NCBI RefSeq assembly: GCF_028641065.1
Contig: NC_073393.1
Coordinates: forward strand, 9,982,001-10,046,000
Length of the DNA: 64,000 bases
Direction: 5' to 3'
Origin: Leucoraja erinacea
Lineage: Eukaryota
Shown here piece by piece: positions 53,922 to 64,000 of the stretch; within the stretch, counting starts at the first letter, position 1, and the number at the start of each line of letters is the position of its first letter. A model generated the notes under the pieces. It searched no databases, was not told where the DNA came from, and saw only the letters and a program-made list of their open reading frames with translations. The position numbers were made by a program, and so were the translations under genes.

Positions 53922-54289
53922 CAGTGCCCACCATAATGTTTGGGACAAAGACCCATCATTTATTTATTTGCCTCTGTACTCCACAATTTGAGATTTGTAA
54001 TAGAAAAAAATCACATGTGGTTAAAGTGTAAACACTAAACATAACTACTTTCATTTACATGACCGCTGTGTCCCAAACATTATGGTGCCCTGAAATGGGG
54101 GGACTCTGTATGAACACTGCTGTCATTTCTACATGGTGAAACCAAAATGTATAAAAATAGCCATTATTAAAATCTGACCATGTGCACTTTAACCACATGT
54201 GATTTTGTTTCTATTACTAATCTCAAATTGTGGAGTACAGAGGCAAATAATTAAATGACGGGTCTCTGTCCCAAACATTGAGGGCACTG
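53922..54289. mobile_element. Tc1-family MITE with long TIRs
   Basis: TA|CAGTGCCC..CATAATGTTTGGGAC ... GTCCCAAACATT.AGGGCACTG|TA. Confidence 0.88.
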
Positions 54290-57200
54290 TACATCGAAGG
54301 TAACAAAAGTAATGAATCATGCTATTTTAACTCAATATGAATTTTTCACTGGATTAGTGTCTCTTAATGGATGAAATTGTTTTAACATCTGATCAGTGAA
54401 GGTCTCAGCAGTTGACTCATTATGTTTTTGAACTGATCAGCCATGCCGATCAAGCAATTTTGGCAGCTCCTCCGTCACCATTCACATCCACCTTACCAAC
54501 CATTCTTGGAAATATCACAAGTTTCAGTAGTGCTGCTATAATCCCAACACTCTTGGTTCTTGCACTTGACCACTTTCTGGTGGCCCAAGTCCACCTAGAA
54601 GTATAAACCTGTGAATTTGGGTAAAGATAGGTCATTAACTTTGTGTTGATACAACCAGCTGTTGAGTCAACAATTCTTGCTGATATAAGTAGAACACAAA
54701 ATCAGAAAGTGCCTGATTGCAATAAACGATACGAGCGAGGGGGAGAAAAAATTGGAGCAGGGATAAAGAACACAAATACAATCTTAATAAAAATGATGGA
54801 TCTGCCTTTATAAATGTTATCAGTAAACGGAAGCCCAATTTTATTTTATTATCTATTAGGCCCAGCTTGTGTTTGGCCCATATCCTTCTAAACCGATCCT
54901 ATCCATCTACCTGTCAAATGTTTTTTAAACATTGTGATAGTACCTGCCTCAAGCAGCTCGTTTCACGTACCCACTTCCCTTTGTATGAAAAAAGTCGCCC
55001 CTCGTGTTCCTATTAAATCTTTCCTCCCTCACCTTAAACATGTTGTCGGGTTTGAGATTCCCCTACTTACTCTGGGTAAGTCTCTGTACATTTACCCCAT
55101 CCCACTCATTATCTTATACACCTCTGTAAGATCGCCCTCATCCTCCCACGCTCCAAGGATTAAAGTCAGAGCTTGCTAAACCTCCTCTGAAAGCTCAGCC
55201 CCGCGAGTCCTGGCAACATCATCATAAATCTTCTCTGCACCCTTTCCAGTACAGGTACTTTGAATACAGTACTGGGGTCAAGGAAAGGGCGTTCACATCG
55301 CGGCCCTGTTTCCACCAATCTTTCCACCACCAAGAAGCGCAAGACAGACACCATTGCATGCAGATGCCGAGAAGTGTGTTCAGCTCTGGCTGAACAACTT
55401 CTAATCTTGTGTGTGGACTCAATAAGAACACAGTACTGAAGAGTCTCGACCTGAAATGTCACCCATTCCTTCTCTCCAGAGATCCTGCCTGTCCCGCTGA
55501 GTTACTTCAGCTTTTTGTGTCTATCTACATTCGAAATGTGGCCACATCAATGTCTTGTACAACTATGACAAGCTCCCAATTTCCATACTCAATACTTTGA
55601 CTATTGAAGGCCAATGTGCCGAAAGCCTTCTTGACCATTGCATCTACCTGTGAACAAACTTTCAATGAACTATGTACAGTACCTGCAGTTCCAGCTCCCT
55701 TTGCTCGACAACACTCCCCAGAGTACTGCCATTAACTAGGGTCCTGCCCGTTAGACTTCCCAAAATGGAACACCTCATACTTTTTTGTATTAAACTCCTT
55801 CAACCATTCCTCAGCCCACTTGCTCAACTGATCAAGAGCCTGATACAATTTTTGATGACCATCTTTGGTATCTACAATACCACTCACTTTAGTGTGATCT
55901 AAACTTCATATTTTTACAGATCAAATGTTTGTTTTGTTGCACATGTGCCTAATATATTGTAACACATTTTTGGGAAGAGGAAGATTGACATCACTATCCA
56001 CCAGGGTCGTGACAGTGACTAAACAAATAGAATGTTCATTCCGTAGTGCTGGCTAACATTAAAAGAAGAGGAAACATTCATTTCCTTTCTGTCTTAAGAA
56101 TGTCCTAGGATATTTGGATCTGAGGGGCACAGAAAGAAAAATATATCTAATCTCGATGTAGAATAGTCAGTATTGTATTGGTGCCAGTAAAATAGTCATT
56201 AATGCTACTGTGGTAACAACTAAGATGCAATACTTCTTGTGTTAATGAAAAGTTATTTACATGATAATCATGAATTGGCAACTTTTATGAAAATGATTTG
56301 GAAAAGCTGTAATTTGTCCAGGAGAATTTGCATCTGAAGAAGAAGGCAATGGAAATTACCTGTAGCTGGGGCGACGAGATGAGCGGGTTGCGATGCAGCG
56401 GCCATGCTGGGAAAGCCCCGGTCCCGCGGTAATGCCCGGTAGGTCGGGGTCGGGTCCGGCGCGACGAGATGAGCGGGTTGCGATGCAGCGGCCACTGGAC
56501 CATTTCCGACACTTCCCTACCATTCCTTGACCTCACTATCTCCATTGCAGGTGATAGACTTCTGACCGACATACACTATAAACCCACTGACTCCCATGGC
56601 TATCTGGACTGCACTTCTTCCCACCCTGCTTCCTGTAAGGACTCCATCCCCTACTCCCAATTCCTCCGTCTACGCCGCATCTGCTCCACGGATGAGGCGT
56701 TCCACACCAGGACATCTGAAATGTCCTCACTATTCAGGGAACGGGGGTTCTTCTCCTCCACCATAAATGAGGCTCGCACCAGGGTCTCTTCCATACCCCG
56801 CAACACTGCTCTCTCTCCCCATCCCCGCACTCGCAACAAGGGCCGAGTCCCCCTAGTCCTCACCTTTCACCCCACCAGCCGTTACATACAAAAAGTAATC
56901 CTCCGTCAGTTTCGCCACCTCCAACGTGACTCCACCACTCGCCACATCTTCCCATCTCCCCCCATATCTGCCTTCTGCAAAGACCGCTCCCTCCATAACT
57001 CCCTTGTCAATTCTTCCCTTCCCTCTCGGTCCACCCCCTCCCCGGGCACTTTCCCTTGCAACCGCAAGAGATGCAACACTTGTCCCTTTACCTCCCCCCT
57101 CGACTCCGTTCAAGGACCCAAGCAATAGTTCCAGGTGCGACAGAGGTTTACCTGCATCTCTTCCAACCTCATCTATTGCGTCCGCTGCTCTAGATGTCAG

Positions 57201-57354
57201 CAGATCTATATCGGTGAGACCAAGCAGAGGTTGGGCGATCGTTTCGCCGAACACCTCCGCTCGGTCCGCAATAACCAAGCTGACCTCCCGGTGGCTCAGC
57301 ACTTCAACTCCCCCCCCCCACTCCGTCTCCGACCTCTCTGTCCTGGGTCTCCTC

Positions 57355-60300
57355 TGTTTCATTATGTTCTGTCTCTATCTGGACGATACATAATGGACGA
57401 TTAAAGCAGCTTTGCTTACTTGAACTTTATTGGCTTTGTGCAGTTCATCTCTCTGCCTCTGTATCCTTATCTGCAACTGGGCCACAAGCCCAATGTCACC
57501 TCTAAAACAGTCCCCCGTACAACAGTAAAACAGTCCCCCGTACAACAGTACTTAAATAAACAATCCTATTGTTACATCTTTCTTTTTCTTTTTTCAAGTT
57601 AAGTCTCTTCCCCTTTGGTATTCTAGTGCAGCAAACTTGTACCATATGCTCTGCTCATTTACAACAGATCTAACAACATAAACAATAATAAATCAACAGT
57701 TCCACATTTTCATTTCTTTTCTTTTCCTTTCATAGTCCATACTCTAATCACTGAGTATAGTCTGTCAGGTAGCGGGGTCTGATAACTTGTCGACCTGACC
57801 TGGTGACCGTGCCTTGGTTCTCTGCTGGGCCATCTGGCGGTATGGCCGCCTCAGTCACTGTTGGTGTGGGCGTGTTTTGTGTTGGTGTGAGCGTGGTGGG
57901 ATTGTGTCTGAGGTGGCGACGATTTCGTCTCAGAACACCTCCTGACTCTAACTCCACCTCATACGATCTATGGCTCACCTGTTGGACCACTCTCGCTGGT
58001 CTCCAGCCCTTGTGTGTACCACAGGGCTGTACTCTCACACTGTCCTCTCTTTTCAGAGTGTCCATGTCTTTTGCTGTGCGGTTGTAGTACTTTTCCTGTC
58101 TCTGTCTGTTGTATTTCAGTCCCTGTTCATCGTGTGTTACCTCTGGCTTCAGCAGAGTGTCCTTTGTGGGAAGCAGGGTCCTGGTCCTCCTGCTTAGGAG
58201 TCTCTGTGCCGGGCTTGTGTTGAGGCCCTGGCTCGGTGTGTTGCGATGATCCAGCATTGCCAAGTACGGATCCTGTCTCGCTGCTGCAGCCTTCAGCATC
58301 AGGCGCTTGGCTGTCTTTACTGCTGACTCCGCCTTCCCATTACTCTGCGGGTATCCCGGCGACGATGTACGGTGTTCAAAACCCCACTTCTGGCTGAAGT
58401 GCTGAAACTCTTGTGATGCATACTGGGGTCCATTATCCGAGATAACAATGTCCGGAATCCCCTGTCGGGCAAAGTGTGCCTTGAGTTTTTTGATCACTGT
58501 GTTGCTCTTAGTGTCAGGTAGATAATCGACCTCCCAAAAGTTTGAATAATAATCCACTGTTATCAGATAGTCTTTATTGTGAAAGGAGAAAAGGTCCGTT
58601 CCTACCTTGGCCCAGGGTCTGCTGGCCATGTCATGTGGATGTAGTGTCTCTCTTTGTTGCCTTGGGTCCACTGACCTACATATGTCACATTTGGCGATGA
58701 AGGTCTTGATCTCCTCGTTCATTCCAAGCCAGTATACACACTCCCTCGCTCGCCTCAGACATCCTTCTACTCCCAGGTGAGAGGAGTGGATCCTGTGAGT
58801 GATGTCCACCCTGAGTGCGTCAGGTATCACGGCTCTGTCCCCTCGGAACACTATGCCGTCCTGGAAACTCAGTTCATCTTGGAACGTGTGGTAGTGCCTG
58901 ATGTCACTTGGTAGGTCCTTTTTTCTCTTGGGCCACCCTGACAGAATTCTGTTTACCACACTCTGTAACTTTGTGTCATCGTTTGTTGCAGCCCTGATGG
59001 CACTCAGCCTCTCTGCTGAAATGGGTAGGTAGCTGACCATGTTCACAGTCTCGATATCTGTCTCACTCTCTCCCTTAGTGCTCTCTGGTAAGTATGCTCT
59101 ACTCAGCGTGTCTGCAAGTAGCATATCCCTGCCTGGAACATAGGTCACACTAATATCATACTGCTGCAGTCTGAGTAGCATTCTCTGCAGTCTCTTAGGT
59201 GCACTAAGTAATGGCTTTCTGTGTATATTTTCTAGAGGCTTGTGGTCGCTTTGTACTGTGACCTCTCTACCATAAGTATACTGATGGAACTTTTCCATCC
59301 CAAACACTATGGCTAAGCATTCTTTCTCTATTTGGGCATAGCCCCTTTCAGTTGGTGTGAGTGCCCTACTACCAAATGCTACCGGTTTACCTTTCTGTGT
59401 CAGGGCGGCCCCCAGTCCCGTGTCAGATGCATCACACTGAAGTGTCAACTCCTCTTCCTTGTTGTAGTACTGTAGAACTGGTGCTTTAGCGATTTTGTCT
59501 TTCAGTCTTTGAAACGCCCCTTCTTGGATGTCCGTCCATTCCCACATGTTCTCCTTGCGCGTGAGTTGTCTCAGAATCTCAGAGTCATCTGAAAGGTGGT
59601 CATAGAACTTCGACAGATAGTTGACCATCCCAACTAATCTCTGTACCCCTTTCACGTCCGTTGGCCTTGGCATCCCTCTGATTGCCCGTACTTTCTCCGG
59701 GTCAACCCTCAGTCCCTTGGCCGTGAGCAGATGACCTATGTAGGGTACCTCTTTTTGTCTGAGCTTGAATTTGTCCGCGTTCAGCTTGATGTTACGCTCT
59801 CTGCACCTGGTTAGAAAGTGTCTGACTTTCTCGTCGTGGTCCTTTCCTGCCTCCTCTTGTGTTGCTCCTTCCCCCGTGATTAACACATCATCTGCTATGA
59901 CACAGACTCCTGGGAGGCCCTCCAGGGCATGCATGAGCTTTCTTTGGAACACTTCCGGTGCTGGGCTTATTCCCATCGGCATCCTTAGCCAACGGAAGCG
60001 ACCAAATGGGGTGGCGAATGTGGTAAGGTAGCTCGACTCTTCCTCTAGTTTGACGTGCCAGAAGCCTTGCTTCACGTCGCAGACTGTGAATACTTTTGCC
60101 TTTGACATCTCCGGCAGGATGTCATCTATAGTTGGGAGTGGATAGTGACTTCTTTTTCTTTTTTCATAGACAATTTTCGACGCCCACACCGCTGCCACCA
60201 TGTTTCATTATGTTCTGTCTCTATCTGGACGATACATAATGGACGATTAAAGCAGCTTTGCTTACTTGAACTTTATTGGCTTTGTGCAGTTCATCTCTCT

Positions 60301-60421
60301 GCCTCTGTATCCTTATCTGCAACTGGGCCACAAGCCCATGTCACCTCTAAAACAGTCCCCCGTACAACAGTAAAACAGTCCCCCGTACAACAGTACTTAA
60401 ATAAACAATCCTATTGTTACA
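57355..60421 (-). mobile_element. Gypsy/Ty3 LTR retrotransposon, internally deleted (no gag or protease)
   Basis: TG..CA LTRs at 57355-57576 and 60201-60421 differing by one indel; 5-bp TSD TCCTC; tRNA-Leu-type PBS TGGTGGCAGCGGTG; polypurine tract next to the left LTR. Confidence 0.95.
57748..60201 (-). CDS. Gypsy Pol fragment: RT core, RNase H, integrase (817 aa, uninterrupted)
   Basis: CDVKQGFWHV, MPMG, IADD (RT); CDASDTGLG, EKECLA, DHKPL (RNase H); HSSH..CDIC, GTDLF, SDNGPQY, NGKAE (integrase). Confidence 0.93.
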   Translation of the reverse strand: MVAAVWASKIVYEKRKRSHYPLPTIDDILPEMSKAKVFTVCDVKQGFWHVKLEEESSYLTTFATPFGRFRWLRMPMGISPAPEVFQRKLMHALEGLPGVCVIADDVLITGEGATQEEAGKDHDEKVRHFLTRCRERNIKLNADKFKLRQKEVPYIGHLLTAKGLRVDPEKVRAIRGMPRPTDVKGVQRLVGMVNYLSKFYDHLSDDSEILRQLTRKENMWEWTDIQEGAFQRLKDKIAKAPVLQYYNKEEELTLQCDASDTGLGAALTQKGKPVAFGSRALTPTERGYAQIEKECLAIVFGMEKFHQYTYGREVTVQSDHKPLENIHRKPLLSAPKRLQRMLLRLQQYDISVTYVPGRDMLLADTLSRAYLPESTKGESETDIETVNMVSYLPISAERLSAIRAATNDDTKLQSVVNRILSGWPKRKKDLPSDIRHYHTFQDELSFQDGIVFRGDRAVIPDALRVDITHRIHSSHLGVEGCLRRARECVYWLGMNEEIKTFIAKCDICRSVDPRQQRETLHPHDMASRPWAKVGTDLFSFHNKDYLITVDYYSNFWEVDYLPDTKSNTVIKKLKAHFARQGIPDIVISDNGPQYASQEFQHFSQKWGFEHRTSSPGYPQSNGKAESAVKTAKRLMLKAAAARQDPYLAMLDHRNTPSQGLNTSPAQRLLSRRTRTLLPTKDTLLKPEVTHDEQGLKYNRQRQEKYYNRTAKDMDTLKREDSVRVQPCGTHKGWRPARVVQQVSHRSYEVELESGGVLRRNRRHLRHNPTTLTPTQNTPTPTVTEAAIPPDGPAENQGTVTRSGRQVIRPRYLTDYTQ

Positions 60422-60714
60422 TCCTCCATGGCCACAGCGAGCAGCACCGGAAATTGGAGGAACAGCACCTCATATTCCGTTTGGGGAGTCTGCACCCCGG
60501 GGGCATGAACATCGAATTCTCCCAATTTTGTTAGTCCTTGCTGTCTCCTCCCCTTCCTCAGCCCCCCTGCTGTCTCCTCCCATTCCCAATTTTGTTAGTC
60601 CTTGCTGTCTCCTCCCCTTCCTCAGCCCCCCTGCTGTCTCCTCCCATCCCCCAGCCTTCGGGCTACTCCTCCTTTTCCCTTTCTTGTCCCCACCCACCCC
60701 CGCCCCCGATCAGT

Positions 60715-60742
60715 CTGAAGAAGGGTTTCGGCCCGAAACGTT
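60715..60742 (+). ncRNA. Minimal hammerhead ribozyme-like core in the Penelope 3' tail
   Basis: CTGAAGA, AGGGTTTCGGCCC, GAAA, CGTT (palindromic AACGTT stem III). Confidence 0.55.
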
Positions 60743-61900
60743 GCCTATTTCCTTCGCTCCATAGATGCTGCTGCACCCGCTGAGTTTCTCCAGCCTTTTT
60801 GTGTAACAATGGAAATTACCTTCTGTAAACAGTTAACAAATTGTGCTGACTAATTGATTTTCAGACTGGAGGTACTATTGTTCACCAGAGATTGATGCTG
60901 GTATAACAACTTTGGTAATTTTAATGTGTTAAGTATAGGTGTAAACAAAATGGTTTCAAAATATGCAAATGACACTAAATGTGTATGTAAAATGAGCAGT
61001 GAGATGTTTAGGATTAACTTCAAGAGAAAATAGATAGGCCAAATATATGAACTAGCATGTGGCAGATGAAATGTAATGCAAGAAAGGAATATCTGTATGC
61101 CCAGAAAGCAGATAATACACCCAGAGACTCGGACAAGGCAAAGGATTTGTTATGAAAGCCCACTTTGAAATCAAAAGATAATATTACATTTGAAGGCAGC
61201 AGAGGTTAATATCATAATTCTGCACTTGCTCAGTAATGTCAATTGAAATCACAAACCTGCCTTCCAGACAGGGTGAGTGAGGTATATTTTAGGCAGAAGC
61301 AATGTGGAGGGTAATAATAACAAAAGAAACAAATGTACAATAATGCAAGAACAGTGTGTCCTGGGTGAAGATGGCAGGCCGAATTTAGAAAAATATTACA
61401 GAAGCAACGTGATCATAAATGGAGCATCAAGTACACAGTCTAAGATGTAATTAACCTTTTTTTAAAACATTGTTTTTACCATGAAGGTATTGCAATCAAT
61501 TTAATCGTACCACTTTGGGAAGAATGTGAAAATCTCAAGGTTTACAGGAATGATTCCAAGGATGAGTGACTTTAAGTGGAATTTTCTCCTTTAGACCAGA
61601 AATATTAAGATAAGATAACATAGTTCTTTAAGGTAACGAGGGGATTAAGAGAGAATAGAGAGGAAGATAGACACAAAAAGCTAGAGTAACTCAGCAGGAC
61701 AGGCAGCATCTCTGGAGAGAAGGGAAGGGTGACGTTTCAGGTTGAGAACCTTCAGACCTATGATCTTTGCTTCAGACTAGTTAGGGAGAATGTGTTCTCT
61801 GGGGTGAAACGGGTGGCAAGATTGACAAAAGAAGTGAAGGCAACATGAGAAAACTATATTTACTGCATTTGTTTAATATGACTTTAAAAAGGGCGTGTGA

Positions 61901-62027
61901 GGAGGGGGGGGCGTCAGGGGGATGAGGGGGACGTCAGGGGGGGGGGGGGGGGGTGGGGAGGCGTCAGGGGGATGAGGGGGACGTCAGGGGGGTGAGGGGG
62001 TGGCAGGGGGGGATGAAGGGGGCGGGT
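61901..62027. repeat. G-rich, roughly 10-bp-period repeat with CGTCA motifs
   Basis: GCGTCAGGGG-GATGAGGGGG-ACGTCAGGGG block occurs twice, 50 nt apart. Confidence 0.85.
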
Positions 62028-63160
62028 GAAGCTGAGAGCGGTGGGCGTGTCGCTGGTGCCGAGGATCCCGAGACTCTCACAAACTATCGGAGCCCTCAAT
62101 CATCTGGACCGCCGACTGCCGGCAAATCTGGTCTTCATTTTCGTGTCTGAGAATCGGACTCTGCTGAAGACTTTGGTTTCATTTCCTCATCATAAAGTTA
62201 ACTGGAAGACGCTGACGTCCACATTTACTCACTGTGGCAGTGGAAGGTAGGCCGTTGCTCATCTACGAGAAAACAATGTCACGTCGAACTTAACTAGTAA
62301 ACGCCGATTAAAAATGATCACAAGTTCTGACTTTAATACTGTACTGATGATGTTGTCACTGCGTTTTCATTCACCCCGTGCCTACAATGTGACTGGGGAT
62401 AACTGCAGTTTGTGTGTGCATGTTCTAGAGAGCACTAGACTAGTTCATTTATTTTAGTTTAGTAACATTTGAGACGAAGTCTGGAGCCTCTTAAATATAT
62501 CAGATCCAATTTGCCCAATTATTTCTAAAGTTTCATTCCTTGGAGGAAATGTCTCCGGAGTTTGTACGAAGTCGTATTCAATGCTGCCAAACATTATGTC
62601 TTGTTTTAAGTTATGGATACAAACTCTGTTTAGGTATTCCCCTGCGAGGCAAAATTGTTCACATATTTGTATAGATTTCAATTCCGTGTAACTTCATTTG
62701 CAGTTTTCTACCGTACATATTTTGTTGAAGTAAATATAACCATTCGTTGGGCCTTTTCTGAGCCTTTATTTTTTGCTATTTGTGATTAAAAGGGTGGTAT
62801 GCATTGAGCTGAAGAATTTGGTTGCTGTGGAGACTGGTCTTTCCACTGGTTTTATTATCAGCAAATGCCTCTTTGTTGAACATGTTATTTTACCCAGTTG
62901 GTTTCGGAACTGCCAATAATATCTGACATTCTACAGATTTTCCTAAAACAAAATATTTGCTTTCAGCAATACTTGTTGAATCAGTCTAAGACATCCCACA
63001 GATTTTTCGCCTGAATGCTACTTCTATCTCTACTAAAGGACAAATTGCCATTTCCAAACTGTTTCCTTTGCAGTAGCTTTTATTTACCTTTTCACCTGAC
63101 CACATGAGTATGCCCTTTCAGTAGCTAGGTTAATCCCCAATCCTCAGGGAGAGTCTGTTA

Positions 63161-63851
63161 CATAGAAACATAGAAAATCGGTGCAGGAGTAGGCCATTCG
63201 GCCCTTCGAGCCAACACCACCATTCAATATGATCATGGCTGATCATCCAAAATCAGTACCCTGTTCCAGCTTTTTACCAATATCCCTTGATTCCCTTAAC
63301 CCTAAGAGGTAAATCTAAATCACTCTTGAACACATCCAGTGGATTGGCCTCCATTGCCTTCTGTGGCAGAGAATTCCACAGATTCACAACTTTTTGGGTG
63401 AAAATGTTTTTCCTCATCTCAGTCGTAAATGGCCTACCCCTTATTCTTAAATTCCCTGGTTCTAGACTCCCCCAACATCGGGAACATTTTTCCTTCATCT
63501 AACCTGTCCAATCCCTTAAGAATTTTATATATTTCTATAAGATCTCTCATCCTTCTATATTCCAGCGAATACAAGCCCAGTCGACCCATTCTTTCATCAT
63601 ACATCAGTCCCGCGACCCCGGGAATTAACCTGGTGAACCTACGCTGCACTCCCTCAATAGCAATAATGTCCTACCTCAAATTAGGAGACCGAAATTGCAC
63701 ATAATACTCCAGGTGCGGCCTCACCAGGGCCCTGTACAACTGTAGAAGGACCTCCTTGCTCCTAAATTCAAATTCTCTCGCAATGAAGGGCAACATGCCA
63801 TTGGCTTTCTTCACTGCCTGCTGTACATGCATGCTTACTTTCAGTGACTAA
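63161..63851 (-). mobile_element. CR1 LINE 3' fragment, interrupted by a Harbinger MITE
   Basis: QRRFTRLIPG..DLIEIYKI..VVNLWNSLP. Confidence 0.88.
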
Positions 63852-64000
63852 TGGGCCTGGCCCACTTAGGCGACTTTTTAGGTGACTGCAGGAGACTATG
63901 CAGCTGCCACATGTTCGCTGGTGGTTGCCGGGGGTCGTGAGGAGTTCCCACATTCTGGGAACCAGTCGTGGCCTCATTATGGTCGCCGCAAATTTTTCAA
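63852..64000. mobile_element. Harbinger-type MITE, left end
   Basis: TAA followed by TGGGCCTGGCCCACTTAGGCGAC. Confidence 0.75.

Larger units (their letters stand above)
56362..60806 (+). mobile_element. 5'-truncated Penelope-like element (RT C-terminus, GIY-YIG endonuclease, 3' tail) interrupted by the Gypsy element
   Basis: FLDLTI..YKPTDSHGYL..SSHP, CNRKRCNTC, NLIYCVRCSRC..YIGETKQRLGDRFAEH; resumes at 60427 (RKLEEQHLIFRLGSLHPGGMNIEF); 15-bp TSD CAATGGAAATTACCT at 56347 and 60807. Confidence 0.9.

Noticed and set aside
56853-57362. 169-aa minus-strand ORF
   Set aside because: Antisense shadow of the Penelope ORF.

Overview
Vertebrate genomic DNA, probably an elasmobranch (skate or ray) judging by HE1-type tRNA SINEs and HER1/CR1-type LINEs. 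It is not prokaryotic, so most track ORFs are repeat fragments or pieces of spliced exons. Two divergent multi-exon genes can be rebuilt by hand. (1) Minus strand, 41-19444: the 5' part of an outer-arm axonemal dynein heavy chain (DNAH5-like), with 12 phase-consistent exons, one GC-AG intron and a candidate upstream exon at 26409-26455. (2) Plus strand: a complete VRK3, with exon 1 in a CpG island carrying a 20-bp minisatellite and 13 coding exons at 30831-49627 (about 431 aa). The rest is dense in CR1, Rex/Babar, Penelope-like elements, SINEs and Tc1, Tigger, Harbinger and hAT MITEs. Most notable: a young gag-less Gypsy LTR element whose 817-aa RT-RNaseH-integrase ORF starts at an ATG formed by the LTR/PBS junction, nested in a Penelope element; a family of short Penelope-derived elements with minimal hammerhead-ribozyme cores and 13-15 bp target duplications; a VRK3 that keeps the catalytic-loop Asp and Lys lost in human; and a decayed collagen-domain pseudogene. 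Homology calls rest on my recall of the human proteins and repeat families; no database search was run.
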